The notes under the pieces are model-generated. The model worked only from the letters and a program-made list of their open reading frames with translations, was not told the origin of the DNA and searched no databases. Shown in pieces: positions 61,944-64,000 of a stretch of 64,000 nucleotides of DNA (position 1 is the stretch's first letter; each line of letters starts with the position of its first letter). Source of the stretch: Prorocentrum cordatum (taxonomy: Eukaryota); assembly GCA_963575745.1 (NCBI GenBank), contig CAUYUJ010000131.1, positions 1 through 64,000 of the forward strand, written 5' to 3'. Position numbers and translations under genes: made by a program.

Positions 61944-62090
61944 CGGAGTAGTTTCCGATCCGCCTGATGCTATAACTCGGTGACCCCAAAACCGAATCGG
62001 AAACTACTCCGCGCCACGCCCTATAATAGATTTAGATGGGATGCGCCCGCGAGCGGAGTAGTTGGAGTAGTTTTACTCCGAACTACTCCA
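61944..62090. repeat. Pair of GGAGTAGTT/AACTACTCC hairpins
   Basis: Perfect 16-bp IR CGGAGTAGTTTCCGAT (61944-61959) / ATCGGAAACTACTCCG (61996-62011), then GGAGTAGTTGGAGTA-GTTT-TACTCCGAACTACTCC. Confidence 0.75.
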
Positions 62091-62956
62091 CATTGCTGCT
62101 CTATTGGCGAAGGCTGATTGAAGAAACTTTCGTAACAGTGATGTAGTTGCCACCCCTGGAAGGCCAAAGAACGAGGAACCTGGGGGCCGAAAATCCTCAG
62201 GACCCTTGAGGCAAAATACGGGCAAAAACTGCACCAGCATCAGCGTTCAGAGGCCCGACGGATTTCTTCGGTCGGCGCTCGACCAAAACCCGTACGGACG
62301 TCCGAAAGTCCATGCTTACGCCTTCCGTTGTCATCCGATGGGGCACGTCTGACCGCCACCTGGGCCCAGGGAGGGTACAAGGAGGCAGAGCGCTGCAGAC
62401 AGCCTCGAGGCCCATTTCCTTCGTGGCGGGCTGCTTCGTCCTCGAGGCGGCACGGCAACGCTTGTCGAGCGAGCGGATCTGCCCTCTGCCGCCGTCCGAG
62501 GGGAGGACAACGGGGACCACGACCAAGACTGAACGCGGAAACGTCGCGTCCATCTGGGTCCCCGTCGATCCTGGTCGGCGTCCATTCGCGGACAGTCCTC
62601 CAGAACGGGCGACGGCCGACGTGGAGCATGACCGAGATCGACGTCGACGGAGTCCCGCGACACCTCTCCCCCGAACTGTCGAGATTGGCGAGCCGGCGGG
62701 AGAGGGGGAGCGCCGGCGCCGGCCAGAGCAGGCCACGCGGGCGTCAAGAAGGAGGTGCCCCTCGGGGGCCCGTTCGTCCGCGGCCAGGGGCCCTGCGAGA
62801 GAGGGGAGAGGGAGAGGGCTCGCCTGCTCTGGCCACGCCGTGGTCGGCGGGTGCGCGGCGATCTGCTGCGGCCCTCGTGCGCGGCAGGGGCGCCGCAGGA
62901 GGGACGGCGACGACAACGACGACGACGACGATGACGACGACGACGACGACAACGAC

Positions 62957-62987
<31 letters not shown>

Positions 62988-63505
62988 GCGGCGACGACGA
63001 CGACGGCGGCGGCAGTGGCAGCGGCGGCGGCGACGGCGACAGTAGCAGGCACCAAGCAGTCGCGCGCGTCACTCTCGGCGCCGTAGGTGCGATGGCAGCG
63101 GCGGCGACGCAGACGACAATGACGGTGGTCATCTTGTGAAACAGCATGGTCTTTGTCGACGGCCCTCACGCCACTATCTGAATTCACGGTGAGGGCACTG
63201 GACGAGGAAACATTGGACAACTCATCCAGGGCATTGAAGCCATTGGAACTCCAATCGTGGAGCGGCCATGGATATCGCCGCAGCCAGATTGCACATGCTT
63301 TCACGAACGCCACCACCCTAAACTCCGCCATCCTGGCACCGTCTATACTCGCTCCCTTATCCTGGCGCCCCGCCCATCTGCGGAATACCATATTCTGCTG
63401 ACCGGGGGGCTGACCACGATGGAGCAAGGTGAATGAATGAGGGAGGGGGTAGGAACGAGGAGGGAGGGTCCGAGGAGAAAGGATTGGGGGAGGACGCATC
63501 AGACT

Positions 63506-63507
<2 letters not shown>

Positions 63508-63549
<42 letters not shown>

Positions 63550-63960
63550 CGTGCTGGCTTCCAAGTGCAAAAATCTGACCCGCACTCACCAAATCTGACG
63601 CCTGAGACAATCGTTACACGAATACCTTATGTGTACACACATGCACCTTTTTAACATCGTTTTGTGGGTGACGAAGACTTCGGGGGGGGTCATCCTGCGC
63701 GGTTAGCACTGGACGACCAAAACATCCACGAGAGGAAACGCATCCGGACATCAACCTTGATGAGTACATGAATATACATGTACATACATCTGTATATATA
63801 TACACATATACATACATGTGTATATAGACAGACAGACTGACATACAGACAGACCGACAGAAAGGCAGAGAAATGTAAGTATGTACGTACATGCATGCATG
63901 CAAGCATGCATGCATGCATACATACATATACACACATACATGCATACATGCAAACATACA
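63508..63960. repeat. (TA)n and (TACA/TGCA)n microsatellites
   Basis: Directly visible at 63508-63548 and 63770-63960. Confidence 0.9.
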
Positions 63961-64000
63961 AGTGCGTCCTTCTGTGAACCTCAGGAGCTGATGGCCTCGA

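Noticed and set aside
1..64000. tRNA, rRNA or intact SL-RNA genes
   Set aside because: No cloverleaf, rRNA signature or full 22-nt SL followed by GT was seen; tRNAscan-SE/Infernal would be needed to exclude them formally.

Overview
Repeat-dominated, GC-rich eukaryotic DNA, most likely a dinoflagellate (Prorocentrum-like). This is inferred from spliced-leader relics, a DNMT-bearing LINE and the CTC/CAT/GAC microsatellite landscape. Most ORFs in the supplied track are artefacts of microsatellites. Supported content: (1) one apparently intact, intron-free ankyrin-repeat gene (3537-5378, -). (2) A decayed ~9 kb non-LTR retrotransposon, LINE-A (~12500-21890, +), with the order coiled-coil ORF1, RNase H, APE endonuclease, RT, two zinc fingers, C5 DNA methyltransferase. 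(3) Directly behind it, a dinoflagellate spliced-leader-like relic followed by a decayed ~4.5 kb coding region with two HxT motifs (2H-phosphoesterase-like), a Pro-rich tract, a WW domain and an SH3-like segment, interrupted by a MITE. (4) A second decayed LINE, LINE-B (~37870-43970, +), with the order APE, RT, RNase H. (5) Four copies of a CTC-anchored dispersed element with a variable 83-bp internal array. (6) Many small fold-back/MITE elements, several minisatellites and long microsatellites. The best candidate for a novel system is the possible ~14 kb composite retroelement: a methyltransferase LINE plus SL-led 2H/WW/SH3 cargo. All domain calls come from reading motifs by eye; no searches were run, and element boundaries are approximate.
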